A DNA stretch of 64,000 bases from Candidatus Latescibacterota bacterium (GCA_965219995.1 CBDCOX010000002.1:4256001-4320000); one strand, 5' to 3'; counted from the stretch's first letter, positions 30,458-40,857 are shown. Program-made: numbers and translations. Notes: generated by a model from the sequence alone, not told the origin.

Positions 30458-33124
30458 TCAGTCATCGATGGTGAGGATGATGTTCCCCTGCTCATCACCT
30501 ACGTAGATCGGTCCGACGGAGGCGACTCCCACGTCGACCTCGCGGCTGGCGATTGGCTTTGCGCTCGCCGGAAGGGGCGATATGGAACCTATCGTGGCAG
30601 GCAGCCTGTACGGATCGGCCTGGTTGACGTCAATAACGTAGCCGAGGTCGGCGAGGGACTGGATCGTGATCGCACTGAGCGCATGTTCTTGCGCTGGATT
30701 CTCCTCCATTATCTCGGCCCCGAATAGGCGATCAAAGCCCCTGAACACATACGGATTCCAATGGCCGCCCGCACCACAGCCGCCTGAAAGGTGGCGAGAT
30801 TCCACGGGGACCTTGTTCCCAACGTAGGGCTCGCCGCCTGCGGTATTGAACGCCCGAACGGCCAGTTCGCCACTGAAGTATGCGTGTCCCGACGTTTCAT
30901 GGACCAGGCCGAACGCCTGCCAGAGCGTACCGAATCCCAGAACATGCGCTATTTCATGCAGCATCAGGTCGCGTCCCCAATTTTCCTCCTGCCGTATTGA
31001 CTCATAACCCACAAGATTGGCAGGGTGTTTCGTATCAATAAAGACTCTACCAAGTGCTGGCAGGCCGGTCGGGTTGCCTTGCCGCACATAGCTCGGTCCC
31101 GCCCGTCCTGCATATTCTCCGTCGTGGGATTTCAGGACAAAGATCCGCAGGTCGTCCACAATGTCCCCGATCTCCCTGGTGACGCGGCCGCCGTCGGCAA
31201 CGAAATCAAAGCCATTGGACGAGAAATCCACGTCCGGCAGGCCCTGTGTAATAATGGCCTCGAAGCGTCTGGCTGCCTGCTGCATCAGATCCTTGCGCGC
31301 GTCGGTGAAGTCGTCCACGAAAATGAGCTCGATATTGAAGGGGTCCGCCCCTGACGGGACAACACGGACATATGCCCCCGCGGAACAGTTGTTATCGGTA
31401 TCGGTCTCGCCAGGCACGCCATCGACGCACGCGCCGTAGTAGTAGGTGCCGGGACTGGATGGCGCATTCAAGGTGACTGCTTTCCTGCTTGCAGCGAAAG
31501 CGGCGCGGCGTCTTTCGGGTCCGAGGTTGGGTCCGAGGACCAGGCCGTCTATACCCGTTAAGCCACTTATCGTTCCGGTGGCGACCCGTGTGTCGGAGAC
31601 GTCGATGGTGGCATCGTCCGAGCGGTAGTAGCGCACCGTGGTCGCGGCAGCGGCCTCGGGCCCCTCGTTTCTCACTGTGGCCGTGAGCGTAAAGGACTGC
31701 CCCGCCAGCGGGTTGCTCGTACTGACCCAGGCCGGGCCGAAAACCAGATCCGGAACCCCGACGTTCAGGGACACGGCCTCCGAGCAATTGTTGTTCGTAT
31801 CTGTCTCGCCGGCGACGCGATCAACGCAAACGCCGTAGTAGTACGTCCCCGGACTCGCGGGCACATCCAGCCCACTCACGGCCGGGTAATTTCCGTCCGC
31901 GCCCAAGCGTCGAATGTTGTCGGTCGAGACTTGGGTGTCGGAGGCATCGATGACAGCGTCGTCCGAGCGGTAAATTCGCGCGACTGTCTCGTCAGCCGCA
32001 CGATCACCCGCGTTCAGGACGTGAGCAAGTAAACCGATCTCCCGCGCTGTTCGGTCGTGCTCTCTAAGCACGAGCCCTCGAACGATCAGGTCCGGGCTTC
32101 CTCTGTCCTCAATGGTCAGGCGCGTGCCAACGGAGCAGTTGTTATCGGTTTTGGTCTCGCCGGGAACGGGATCGACGCAAACCCCCAGATAGTATGTGCC
32201 CGCTTTGTTCGGGCTTGAAGCGGTCAGGTTCTGGTTCAGGCGTTTTCCCGAGTCAAGAGGGAGTACGGAACTGATTTGAAATAGCGTGTCTGAGGCGTCT
32301 ATGGTGCTTTCGTGCGAGATGTAACCGCGCCACGACGTTGCGGCAGCCGGGCCGGTACCGATGTTCTCAATTCTCGTGCCCCACGTAAAGCGACTCCCAG
32401 GCGTCACGTTGTCGGGGACCAAAATGGAAGGGTGGACGATCAGGTCCGGACTGCCCTCATGACTGCCGTCAACGGTCACAGGGACGCCAATCGAGCAGTA
32501 GTAGCTTGGCCCGCTTCCCACCGCAACGCAGACCCCGTAATGGTAAGTCCCCGCATACGCCGGTGCTGTCCAGTCAAGCACCGCCGTGGTGTCTACTCTA
32601 TCCCCAAACAAGGGCCCTAACCAACCAATGTGGATTAGCGCGTCGCTTGAGTCTATGGATGCATCGAGCGAGCGGTAGTATTTAATTTCATGTGCGAGTC
32701 CAACGGCCTGTGGTTTCTGCACGTTCGTCTCCATCGTGAATCCCTGCCTCGCGTTCAGCCTGGTCTCGCTGACCTTGAATGAACGAAAGATAAGTTGATC
32801 CCCTTCGCTTCCTTCCGTCCCGACGACGGTAACAGGGCCGCCGGCTCCGGATGACGGTGCCGCCTTGCCGAAGTTCTCTGCAAACGCCAGAAAATCCGAC
32901 AGGTCGATGCTGCCGTCGTTGTCGAAATCTCCCCGCGCGTCGTAGCCGGCCTCCCCCTGTGACGTGCCGAACATGCGCGCAAAGGCCAGAAAATCCGTCA
33001 GGTTCACGACACCATCGTTGTTGAAATCCCCATCGATGGCGCCTGTGGCGAAGGTGATCTGCGCGCCGGTCACGACCAGCGCGGTCAAGAGGAACCACAG
33101 TCCGAGTCGTTTGAAGATCGACAT
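30458..33124 (-). CDS. Secreted dockerin-like / 4x CARDB-like / leishmanolysin(M8)-like metalloprotease lacking the cohesin-like domain
   Basis: Start ATG 33124 (GGGAGG RBS); paralog of 9734-12859; HEIAHVLGFG. Confidence 0.88.
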   Translation of the reverse strand: MSIFKRLGLWFLLTALVVTGAQITFATGAIDGDFNNDGVVNLTDFLAFARMFGTSQGEAGYDARGDFDNDGSIDLSDFLAFAENFGKAAPSSGAGGPVTVVGTEGSEGDQLIFRSFKVSETRLNARQGFTMETNVQKPQAVGLAHEIKYYRSLDASIDSSDALIHIGWLGPLFGDRVDTTAVLDWTAPAYAGTYHYGVCVAVGSGPSYYCSIGVPVTVDGSHEGSPDLIVHPSILVPDNVTPGSRFTWGTRIENIGTGPAAATSWRGYISHESTIDASDTLFQISSVLPLDSGKRLNQNLTASSPNKAGTYYLGVCVDPVPGETKTDNNCSVGTRLTIEDRGSPDLIVRGLVLREHDRTAREIGLLAHVLNAGDRAADETVARIYRSDDAVIDASDTQVSTDNIRRLGADGNYPAVSGLDVPASPGTYYYGVCVDRVAGETDTNNNCSEAVSLNVGVPDLVFGPAWVSTSNPLAGQSFTLTATVRNEGPEAAAATTVRYYRSDDATIDVSDTRVATGTISGLTGIDGLVLGPNLGPERRRAAFAASRKAVTLNAPSSPGTYYYGACVDGVPGETDTDNNCSAGAYVRVVPSGADPFNIELIFVDDFTDARKDLMQQAARRFEAIITQGLPDVDFSSNGFDFVADGGRVTREIGDIVDDLRIFVLKSHDGEYAGRAGPSYVRQGNPTGLPALGRVFIDTKHPANLVGYESIRQEENWGRDLMLHEIAHVLGFGTLWQAFGLVHETSGHAYFSGELAVRAFNTAGGEPYVGNKVPVESRHLSGGCGAGGHWNPYVFRGFDRLFGAEIMEENPAQEHALSAITIQSLADLGYVIDVNQADPYRLPATIGSISPLPASAKPIASREVDVGVASVGPIYVGDEQGNIILTIDD

Positions 33125-33182
33125 ACAATCCTCCCTTGAGAATACTCTATGCTGGAACCGACACCTCCCAACAAGCATCCGC

Positions 33183-33300
33183 TAACATCAACAGCAACAT
33201 GCGTTTCGTCGCCGAGAAATCGCCGTCAGGAATCCGATACACGTAGACGCCGCTGGCCACGGAACGGACTGACGCGTCCCTCCCGTCTCACCGGGCCGCG
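33183..33300 (-). pseudogene. Relic 3' end of a cohesin-CTD gene
   Basis: VASGVYVYRIPDGDFSATKRMLLL directly upstream of the dockerin gene, same arrangement as 46217/46157. Confidence 0.75.
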
Positions 33301-33418
33301 ATCGATCACCCTGGCGCGGGTGGTCGATCCCTGGATGACCGGGCTGAATTCATGCGGAACCCGTGCGTGTTCCACGCATTGATTCACAGAATTCAGGCCT
33401 GCGTCCTTCCTCGCGTTC

Positions 33419-33817
33419 TCAGTTCGTCCCGCATTGTACAGACCTGTTGACGACGCTGGCGAGGGTTATGCCGCCAAAGGATACCGCCACGTCGAAATCC
33501 TGTCCGCTCTCACACCGGGTCTTTGCCTCGCCGCTGAGGTTGAGTTGCGAGCACGCGGTCTGCAACGCTGCGCGCATCGCTTCTTCCTCAGTAGCGCCGG
33601 AGCCCGTTCCTGTTCCCGATCCGGACGGCGAACTGAGATCGCCCATCCTTGAAGGCACAAGCGTCAGCGTCACCTCGCACTGCCACGACTTTGATCCGGC
33701 GCCGTCGTCATTGCCGCAGGACAAAGCGACGTAAATGACCAAACCGGTCATCAGGACATAAATCGACGCCTTGAATATCGCAGTGAGGTCCCGCCTGTGT
33801 TCAGTCATGACTGACAT
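33419..33817 (-). CDS. Small Cys-containing lipoprotein, copy 2
   Basis: Lipobox VALSC; near-identical to 16715-17107. Confidence 0.75.
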   Translation of the reverse strand: MSVMTEHRRDLTAIFKASIYVLMTGLVIYVALSCGNDDGAGSKSWQCEVTLTLVPSRMGDLSSPSGSGTGTGSGATEEEAMRAALQTACSQLNLSGEAKTRCESGQDFDVAVSFGGITLASVVNRSVQCGTN

Positions 33818-33917
33818 TCCTCCGATTGGTGAACGGTTGGGTGGCGCATCTCAGGGTAGATTTGTCTCATCATCCGATGACAGATTCCGACGTCGTGCGT
33901 TTTTCCGGTGGGGAGGC

Positions 33918-34338
33918 CGCTCAATCGGCAGTATGAATGGTCCTGGCGTTGGTTCCACTGTTTTTCGAGGCATGGAAGGTTCGATCGGACGCCGATGTAG
34001 CTGCCGAAGGTCTTGCCGCGCAGCGACAGTTCCACCGTATATCCCTGAATTTGCGTGCCCCTCGCCTCCGGTACGAAGAACTGAAACTGAATGCTGTCGC
34101 CCGCCTTCTTCTCGGGCAGCGTCACCGCGTTGTCATTCGGCGCGGGGCTCTCGATCCGTGTGTCCGGAAGCAATTTCGGGTGGCTTGACAGGTCCCCGAT
34201 TGACTCATGCACGAGTTCCATAGGCGATACGACCTGTGCAGATACGGATTGCGGTTTTAGTACGCCTACGTCTGAGGTCAACCTCAAACCGAACAGCGCC
34301 AATGCCGTGCATACCGATACAACCGGGCTCCGCCACAT
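33918..34338 (-). pseudogene. Internally deleted paralog of the 17221/51525 family
   Basis: Signal peptide plus half of the cohesin-like domain (..LRGKTFGSYIG) joined to DNA matching the last ~25 codons of 51525, frameshifted. Confidence 0.8.
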
Positions 34339-34479
34339 ACCTGCCTCCTAAGAATCGTCACCCGTGCGGGGACATGCTTATGGGCACGGCCGATCGTGCG
34401 ACCGACGACGCCGATTGAGAAGCGACCGGATTCAACGTGGGCGCCAGCACATGCCGCGGCGGCGCAGATCGAGTGACGA

Positions 34480-35010
34480 TGGGAAGAAGGAGAAGAATGA
34501 GGAACGCGGCTGCTCGACCGCGAAAGAACAACCGAGCACGCCGGTGATTCAGATTTGCCTGAAGGGGGCCCGAGATGGAGAAATTCGGAGCGGAAATCCG
34601 TTTCGTGAGTTCTGATAAACAAATACGCCTGCAAGTAACCCCGAGAGAACCACCGTGAAGGTCAAATACAGTTGTCTGTCGGGTCAGGACTGCAGGCCTC
34701 TCCGTCAGATAAGGGGAGGCTGTCACTGATGGAGGTATCCTGAACCGCAGCAGTAACCCGATGCTGCCTTGGGCCGTGGAATCCCGGTACGGCATGCTGT
34801 CTCGAATCTTCGGACGATAACGCTCGACGATGATTCCGCGAGTCCGTCAATTGCAAACGTGTTGCACATTGCAGCAGTGCGCACGGTATAATAACACATT
34901 ATTTTTGAAGTACTGTTGAAATTTTAGATTTTTCGTTGATATATTGTTAAATTTGCCGTATTTTGGCTCAGGAAGGCGCGAATTCGCAACGGCGATTCGA
35001 ATTGCATGCC
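34480..35010 (-). repeat. Conserved long 5' leader region, copy 2
   Basis: Shares gccggtgattcag.tttgcc, ggcctctccgtcagataa, cctgaaccgca.c and ctcgaatcttcggacg with the other copies. Confidence 0.75.
34888..34951 (-). promoter_or_regulatory. Four-box promoter motif, copy 5, with extended -10
   Basis: TTTGAA(34904), GTTGAA(34915), GTTGAT(34935), GTTAAA(34946); TGnTATTAT hexamer at 34893-34888. Confidence 0.65.
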
Positions 35011-35143
35011 GCACTTTGCGACAGCGGCATTCTCTTTGATTCACAAAACGGAACCTGTATGGATGGACGGGACAGACAGGATTAGAGCCGGATAGCGGGA
35101 AGAGAGAGCGGAGATGCCGCCTGACAGGATGGACGATTGAGTA

Positions 35144-35460
35144 CCAACGTGCCGCCTGCTCTGCTCGGGACACGTGCAAATCATGCACGTGTGAATCGAT
35201 GCCGGAGCAGATCCTTCGTCAGTCACCTGTACTCGTCGGCAGGGCGCGATGCAGGCAGGCCCCCCCTTACGCCGGCTTTCCTCAGGATGACGGTCTGGGC
35301 TAACCGATGACTATTACATTCCGACAGTGGCAATTGCGAGTCATGCCATTCTGAGCACACCGAAGAATCTCCCGTATTCTCGATCGTCCTCAACGCAAAA
35401 GCGCGGTGAACGCACTTGCGCGGAGACATCGCCTTCCTGGCAGTCTCCTCAGGATGACAG
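35144..35460 (+). repeat. Composite REP-mosaic repeat, copy E (diverged)
   Basis: caacgtgccgcc..cacgtgcaaatcatgcacgtgtgaatcgatg..gatccttcgtc..cctcaggatgac..cattctgagc..gaagaatctcccg. Confidence 0.8.
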
Positions 35461-35699
35461 TGTTGGCAAACGTGCGGCTGAGACGTTTCGCGGATGTTGA
35501 ATGCGATGGGTCCAGAGTCTCCGGGACAATCCCTGATTCAACACCAACCCGAGTGCGAAAAGTGGTGGACCAATACACGCGATTGACGCTTGGCAAATAT
35601 GTGGCTAAGGTGTTAGAGTCTAGATAAAAGAGTTTCAAAATTGTTGGTAAAGCTCCTATCGGTGGCCGGTCGAAGGCGTATTTCGGGAGGGGGACTGCA

Positions 35700-36272
35700 A
35701 TGAAAAAAACGATACCTATGAATTGGTATCAGGCAGGCGTCCTGTTTATGGCGTTTTTGTTTACAGGTTGCGCGGCGAGCAAACAACTCTCAGGAGTTAA
35801 CGATCTTCTCCAGGAGTATCACGTTAAAGATGTCAGAGTGTCATTTGCAGACAAGGTCGATATAGGTGTTTTTAAGCGTTTGGATAATGAAGACGACAAG
35901 GATTTTGTCGAGAGAGTAGGAGCATCCATAGAGAAGACTGTACGCGAGTCGATTGTGTCCTCCCTAGACGGGCCAACACCAGCGAATATCGCTATTACGC
36001 TAACGGAAGTGGCGATCGCCAGCGGAGTAGGCAGAGCACTTGGTGGTCACGACAGTACGATAACTGGCATTGTGGAGATTGTAGATGCGAATTCCAGCAC
36101 GGTTCTGGCTGAAAGAGCGATTAAAGGAAAAGATCGTTCGACCAAAATGGGCGGTAATATTGGTGCCCTTGTATCGCTTATATCCAATGCAACTAATGCA
36201 GCCACAACCGACAGGGTTGAGGAGGCGGTCAACGATTTTTCAATCAAATTGCGAGACTGGATCGAAAAATGA
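35700..36272 (+). CDS. Lipoprotein of unknown function
   Basis: GGAGG RBS; lipobox FTGC; lower GC; stop overlaps next start (ATGA). Confidence 0.75.
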   Translation: MKKTIPMNWYQAGVLFMAFLFTGCAASKQLSGVNDLLQEYHVKDVRVSFADKVDIGVFKRLDNEDDKDFVERVGASIEKTVRESIVSSLDGPTPANIAITLTEVAIASGVGRALGGHDSTITGIVEIVDANSSTVLAERAIKGKDRSTKMGGNIGALVSLISNATNAATTDRVEEAVNDFSIKLRDWIEK

Positions 36273-36871
36273 GAGACAACTCGGTTCCGGCCATGACGAT
36301 CGGTGGTGTTATTCAGGTGGCCGGCCTCTTCCTGGCAGGTGTATGTGCATTACAGATGCTGGGCGCATGTAGCCAGAAATTGTCGATGCTGAAACCGGCA
36401 ACCGGCAAGCTAGCAGCTTACCATGTGAAAGAACTGGTCGTGCATGCCGAGGGAGGGGGGGGCAGTGAATCGGAGTCACCGGAGGACGCGGATAGAGTGT
36501 CGTCGGTATTTAAGACTGCCATCGGCAGAGAGTTGCGAGCTACTCTTCGCGGAACGAATCCGGCGAATGCGATCATCCGCTTAAAGGATGTGGCTGATCT
36601 CAATACCCATTCTTGGACTGACGAAAGCGGTTTCGTCCACCATGTCACGGTGTCGAACTTTGATTATTACGTCAACCTCACTTTCAAGGATGCTCTTACG
36701 CATGACGTAATTGCTGAACAATGGTTTTTGATTGATCGTGGGAATTGGTTTACACGGCAAGGCGTTTGGCGGTCGCTCAGCCGGGACGAGCAACTTAATC
36801 GTTGGAGTAGCAGGCTTGCGGAGCAAATTAGATTGTGGGTCAGTTCAGCCGAGCCTGAAACCCGACCCTGA
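36269..36871 (+). CDS. Lipoprotein, distant paralog of the upstream gene
   Basis: Lipobox LGAC; shares YHVK.. and L.G..PAN..I.L..VA with 35700. Confidence 0.7.
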   Translation: MRDNSVPAMTIGGVIQVAGLFLAGVCALQMLGACSQKLSMLKPATGKLAAYHVKELVVHAEGGGGSESESPEDADRVSSVFKTAIGRELRATLRGTNPANAIIRLKDVADLNTHSWTDESGFVHHVTVSNFDYYVNLTFKDALTHDVIAEQWFLIDRGNWFTRQGVWRSLSRDEQLNRWSSRLAEQIRLWVSSAEPETRP

Positions 36872-37139
36872 CATTGCATAAATCTGCGTTGCACAAATCT
36901 GTTTGAAGGCAGTGGTATAATCAGGCGGCATCCTTCAGTGTTTCGATGAAATGCAGCAGATCGTTTTCCACTTTTGGTTTGGATTGGAGTTCAGGGTCAG
37001 GGTCAACTCGCCCTTGGGCAACGTGAGGCGCCGGGCGCGCTGAATGAAGCGGTGACGCAGATCAACCTGTGCAGGCATTTGTCGAAAGGATTGAGGCATG
37101 GCTGGGCAGCCGCGACTTTGTAATAAACCCCGGACCGGT

Positions 37140-37523
37140 ATGAACCTGCTTGGAGAGACTCGCGCGGGAACACTGGTGGTGATGGCAGTCGCGCTCAGCG
37201 TCTTCGGTGTCGGTTGCGACAACCTCTTGGGTCCGCCGGAAGACGCGGTTACCGTACAAGTCACGACGTGTTCAGGTAAAAGAGATATTGCCGGACGTGT
37301 GGATGTCACAATAGGGGGCACTGTACGTGCGCACTGGTCGGTGAAATTCGTAACCGTCACCGGATACGCCGATGATCAATGGCGGATCGGGATGGACTCG
37401 TTGGGCTTTATGGACAAGGGCGACGTCGAGGCGTTCACCATCACCGGGCGATTCACTACTTCATCTATTTCTGCACAGACTACTCTCAAATGCACAGCCG
37501 AGGTCAGCTATAACGTTGATTGA
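37140..37523 (+). CDS. Small lipoprotein, single beta-rich domain
   Basis: Lipobox GVGC; domain homologous to the C-terminal module of 47171-50221. Confidence 0.7.
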   Translation: MNLLGETRAGTLVVMAVALSVFGVGCDNLLGPPEDAVTVQVTTCSGKRDIAGRVDVTIGGTVRAHWSVKFVTVTGYADDQWRIGMDSLGFMDKGDVEAFTITGRFTTSSISAQTTLKCTAEVSYNVD

Positions 37524-37756
37524 GGTGCCGGAGGGCCGTTCGGGGGATGCGCCGACCGGTCCAGAGACCGTCGGCGCATCCGGACCGACGCGGCGCTCGT
37601 TTCCTCGATCAAGGCGATCAGCTCGCCGAAGACTCCCCGACGTACCCCACGACTTGACAAGATCCAGCACAGACCATCCTATTCTCGGCATAACAAGATG
37701 GCCATGAGACCGAAGTACGAGCAGGGGCTGGTGCCCCGTATCCCTGATGGTGCTGA

Positions 37757-39409
37757 ATGAAGGGCTGGCAGCATGTGACCGTTACATTGATCATCGTTGG
37801 CGTGGCTACGCTATTGCCAATGGCGGCGGTTTGGCAGACTGGGGCCTCAACGCAAGGAACCCATGCGGAGGCCATGATCCGGGCCGCCATAGCCGGCGAT
37901 GCGGAAACGATTGGCAGCTTGCTTGAATCACGGCTGGACCCGGTGGTCATGGACGACTATGGCGTTACGCCTCTCATGGCTGCTGCCTACGCGGGCAATG
38001 CCGAGGTGATCAGCCTTTTGCTTCAGGCGGGCGCGGATGTCAACTCCAAATCTGGACCCTCAGGAGCGACATCGTTGAATATTGGATATGGGTCTTTCAT
38101 CGAAATGCGACGACACGACGGACCGAGGTATGAAGGTGATACGGCTTTGATGTCGGCTGTCGTGGCCGGGCACCTGGATGCGTTGAACATCTTGCTCGAT
38201 GCCGGTGCGGATGTGAATGCCACGGACAACATGGGGAGGACAGCCTTATCCGTCGCCAGGATGCGGAATCACCGAGAAGCAATGGAGCGCTTGACCGAGA
38301 GTGGTGCGGACGGTGGCTCGGCCGCGCCGCAGACAAGCTCTGCAGGAACCCAAGCCGATACGCACGACGGCTCCATGGAGTCGCGACTGTGGTCTGCGGT
38401 TGAACGGGGTGACGTCACGGAAGTGCAATCGTCGGTCGATGCCGGCGTGGACGTGAATGTGGAACAAACCGTGAACGTGGGAGGGTTTTCAGCAGACAAA
38501 CTGCGCGAACTGGGTCTGCGAGGACTCACGCCCGTGGTGCTGGCCGCCTTGAGGGGTCACGCAGACGTGACGGGAACCCTCGTCGATCATGGCGCTGATA
38601 TGGACGCGATGACTGTTCGGGCGGCCGCGGGGGAGGAAGTCGAGTTCCTGGGAACGGCCTTGATGGCGGCTGCGAGGAATGAGCATGTTGGTGTGGCCCG
38701 ACTGTTGATTGAACGCGGCGCTGATGTGATGGCGAGTTGGAAGAACATGAATGCTCTCATTACGGCAGCGTATACGGGTAACCTGGACATGGTGGCTCTG
38801 TTGGTCTCGGCCGGCGCATACAAACCTACCACGCTCAATGGCATTAAGGCGTTGCAGACAGCGGCGGACAGGGGTCACACGGAGGTCGCCGAGTTGCTTC
38901 AGACGAAGTTCGACGAGTACTTGGAATCCGGCGAAGCAGCCGAGGCGTTTGTGAACGGGTTCAAGGACGGTCTCAGGAAACGCGCTGCTCGGAATCCGGA
39001 CAAACCCGTCAACCGCCGTCTGCTTGATCGCCTGGACGCCATGGATGGTCTGGGGCCTATCCGCGAAGTCGGTGATCGCTTTCAGGACTGTCGGACGTGC
39101 CCGGAGATGATCGTGCTGCCTACAGGCGAGTTCGAGATGGGATCGCCGTCACATGAAAAGGATCGCAGGGATTGGGAAGGTCCGGTTCATCGTGTGGCCA
39201 TTGCAGAGCCCATTGCGATGGGCTTGCACGAAGTGACTGTCGCAGAGTTCCGCCGTTTTGTGGTCGATACGGACCGCGCGATGGGCGACTCCTGCTGGAC
39301 ATTCGTCAGTACCAATTCGTTTTCGGAGCGATTCGTGACGGTCGGGTTTCGCGTGGCACGGGAGTTGGATACGGTTGCGGTTTCTGGAAAGGCTGTCACT
39401 TCGGATTAG
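37757..39409 (+). CDS. Secreted ankyrin-repeat protein with an internally deleted FGE-sulfatase-like domain
   Basis: TPLMAAA..G..E....LL.AGADVN repeats; FQDC.TCPEMIVLP.G.F.MGSP..EGPVH.V..EVTV.EFRRFV jumps to VGFRVAR with the core motifs absent. Confidence 0.8.
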   Translation: MKGWQHVTVTLIIVGVATLLPMAAVWQTGASTQGTHAEAMIRAAIAGDAETIGSLLESRLDPVVMDDYGVTPLMAAAYAGNAEVISLLLQAGADVNSKSGPSGATSLNIGYGSFIEMRRHDGPRYEGDTALMSAVVAGHLDALNILLDAGADVNATDNMGRTALSVARMRNHREAMERLTESGADGGSAAPQTSSAGTQADTHDGSMESRLWSAVERGDVTEVQSSVDAGVDVNVEQTVNVGGFSADKLRELGLRGLTPVVLAALRGHADVTGTLVDHGADMDAMTVRAAAGEEVEFLGTALMAAARNEHVGVARLLIERGADVMASWKNMNALITAAYTGNLDMVALLVSAGAYKPTTLNGIKALQTAADRGHTEVAELLQTKFDEYLESGEAAEAFVNGFKDGLRKRAARNPDKPVNRRLLDRLDAMDGLGPIREVGDRFQDCRTCPEMIVLPTGEFEMGSPSHEKDRRDWEGPVHRVAIAEPIAMGLHEVTVAEFRRFVVDTDRAMGDSCWTFVSTNSFSERFVTVGFRVARELDTVAVSGKAVTSD

Positions 39410-39484
39410 GACAGGACTGCGGCTGGATGGTGATCGACGGCACGTTTAGGAGTGGCCTATCTGTTTCCGCCCCTTTCGTCTGGC

Positions 39485-40146
39485 CCAATGTATTGTAGAG
39501 GACCTCGGCAGGGAAGCGTGACGTTCCCATTCCCGGTATTCGGTACTTGTCGCACAACCACCAGCGGAGCCGTTTCCGGGTGTGGCTGTCCACACTCCGG
39601 TAGGTTCTGCTGACCGGACCCAGACGGAAGTAGTTGCCCCACCCTGCCAGCATTCGGTTCAGGTGGGTAGTGCGTTCTTGATGGTCTTTCAGCAGCCACC
39701 GTCGCGCCGTTGCCTCGCTGATAGCCCGGCAGATGTGCCGGATGGCCTTCTTTGACGGGCGCGTCCCGATATAGGCCTTGCCCGTCTTTGGCGAGTAACA
39801 GCGTCCGATGGTATAACCCAGAAAGCCAAATCGTCCTTCGGGAAGGGTGCATATGCTCGTCTTCTGCTCATTGACCGTCAACTTCAGCGCTCTCATGATG
39901 GATCGCATCGCGCGCATCGCCTCTTGTGCGCTGCCGCGACAGCAGATCACAAAATCGCCCGCTCCGCCTGCCTTGTCGGCAGACAGGCCGCCGTTGGCCT
40001 TGCAGCATTCGCAGGGGTAAGTGCAGGATGTCCTCACGATATACCTTGTCACACAGCGCGTAGAATCGGTAATCGGGTGATTCCTTCGCTTTGGCAGGCA
40101 ACGTCCTCTGCAACTTCCGAACCTTGTCTGGAGGTCTTAGGCTCAA
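39485..40146 (-). pseudogene. ltrA: Group II intron reverse transcriptase/maturase pseudogene
   Basis: Frameshifted; CKANGG is joined to DFVICC about 10 codons later, so most of the RT core including an intact YADD is missing. Confidence 0.85.
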
Positions 40147-40704
40147 CCCAATCTCCAGGCTCTCGCTCCGTTGACGTTGCCCTTGAACCAGGGCCCCTTC
40201 CCTCCCTGCCTGTAGCGCAGTACGCTGCGCAGGCAGGCACCGGCATTACCCGGCTTCTCGGGTACTACGGGCCACTCCGCCACCCCACGCGGCCCGGCCT
40301 GGCCCTCACGGGCTGCCGGTTGGTGGCCCCCGCACCACCGCCTGGGGCTTCCCGTGTTGCGTCGGATCTCTTGTATACGTGCCTCCGCCATTACCCCGGC
40401 CTGCCTGCGTCCTTCGGACAGGCAGGCCGGGACCGCTGGATGCACGCGTTGCTTTCTTTTTCGAGCGACGGCGGCCTTCCCCGAAATTCAGGCGGGTCGG
40501 CTCCCGCATTACCCTTTTCGAGGCCTGCTCAGCGTTCACTCACGTTTCGGCCTGCATACTCGCCAGGTCCGCCTTGCGACCTTCTACACCGGAGGCTTCG
40601 GAGATGTCGTTGCCTACGTCTCCGCTCCGGTTGCTAACGACTGCAGCAACATTTGTCGGGTGGGACTCTCACCCGCTGAAGTTCCACGCCTTTTCACGGC
40701 GCAC
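39485..40704 (-). mobile_element. Decayed group II intron (5' RNA domains + RT/maturase relic; no 3' DV/DVI seen)
   Basis: 5' end GTGCGCCGTGAAAAGGCG at 40704; GAAGCCGGGTAATGCCGG..GGAGGGAAGGGGC segment before the ORF; ORF KVRKLQR.L.AKAK..YRFYAL.DKVYR; FLGYTIGR, PSKKA, LNRML.GWGNYF domain X. Confidence 0.88.
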
Positions 40705-40857
40705 CATAGATGGACCTGTCTGCGTGCTTTGTAGTACCCTCTGGAGGAGGACTCGGGCGTGCACGATTCGGTAGGCTCGCGTCTTGCCTTTGTTTGCCGG
40801 ATCCTGCAGACGCTCACGTTTTTCGGGACTCAGACGGGCAACGAATTTCCTCGGCAT
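40705..40857 (-). pseudogene. IS630-like transposase N-terminal relic interrupted by the intron
   Basis: MPRKFVARLSPEKRERLQ..KGKTRAYRIVHARVLL resembles IS630-family N-termini. Confidence 0.65.

Noticed and set aside
36455-36462. G8 tract in the second lipoprotein gene as a phase-variation site
   Set aside because: Short and explained by a GGGG peptide linker
39070-40146. Diversity-generating retroelement (FGE/C-lectin-type target next to an RT)
   Set aside because: The RT is group II intron type with a GTGCG boundary and domain X and lacks its core; no template repeat matching the GFRVAR region was seen, and the duplicate pair compared (Cys tail module) differs mostly at synonymous sites, not specifically at adenines
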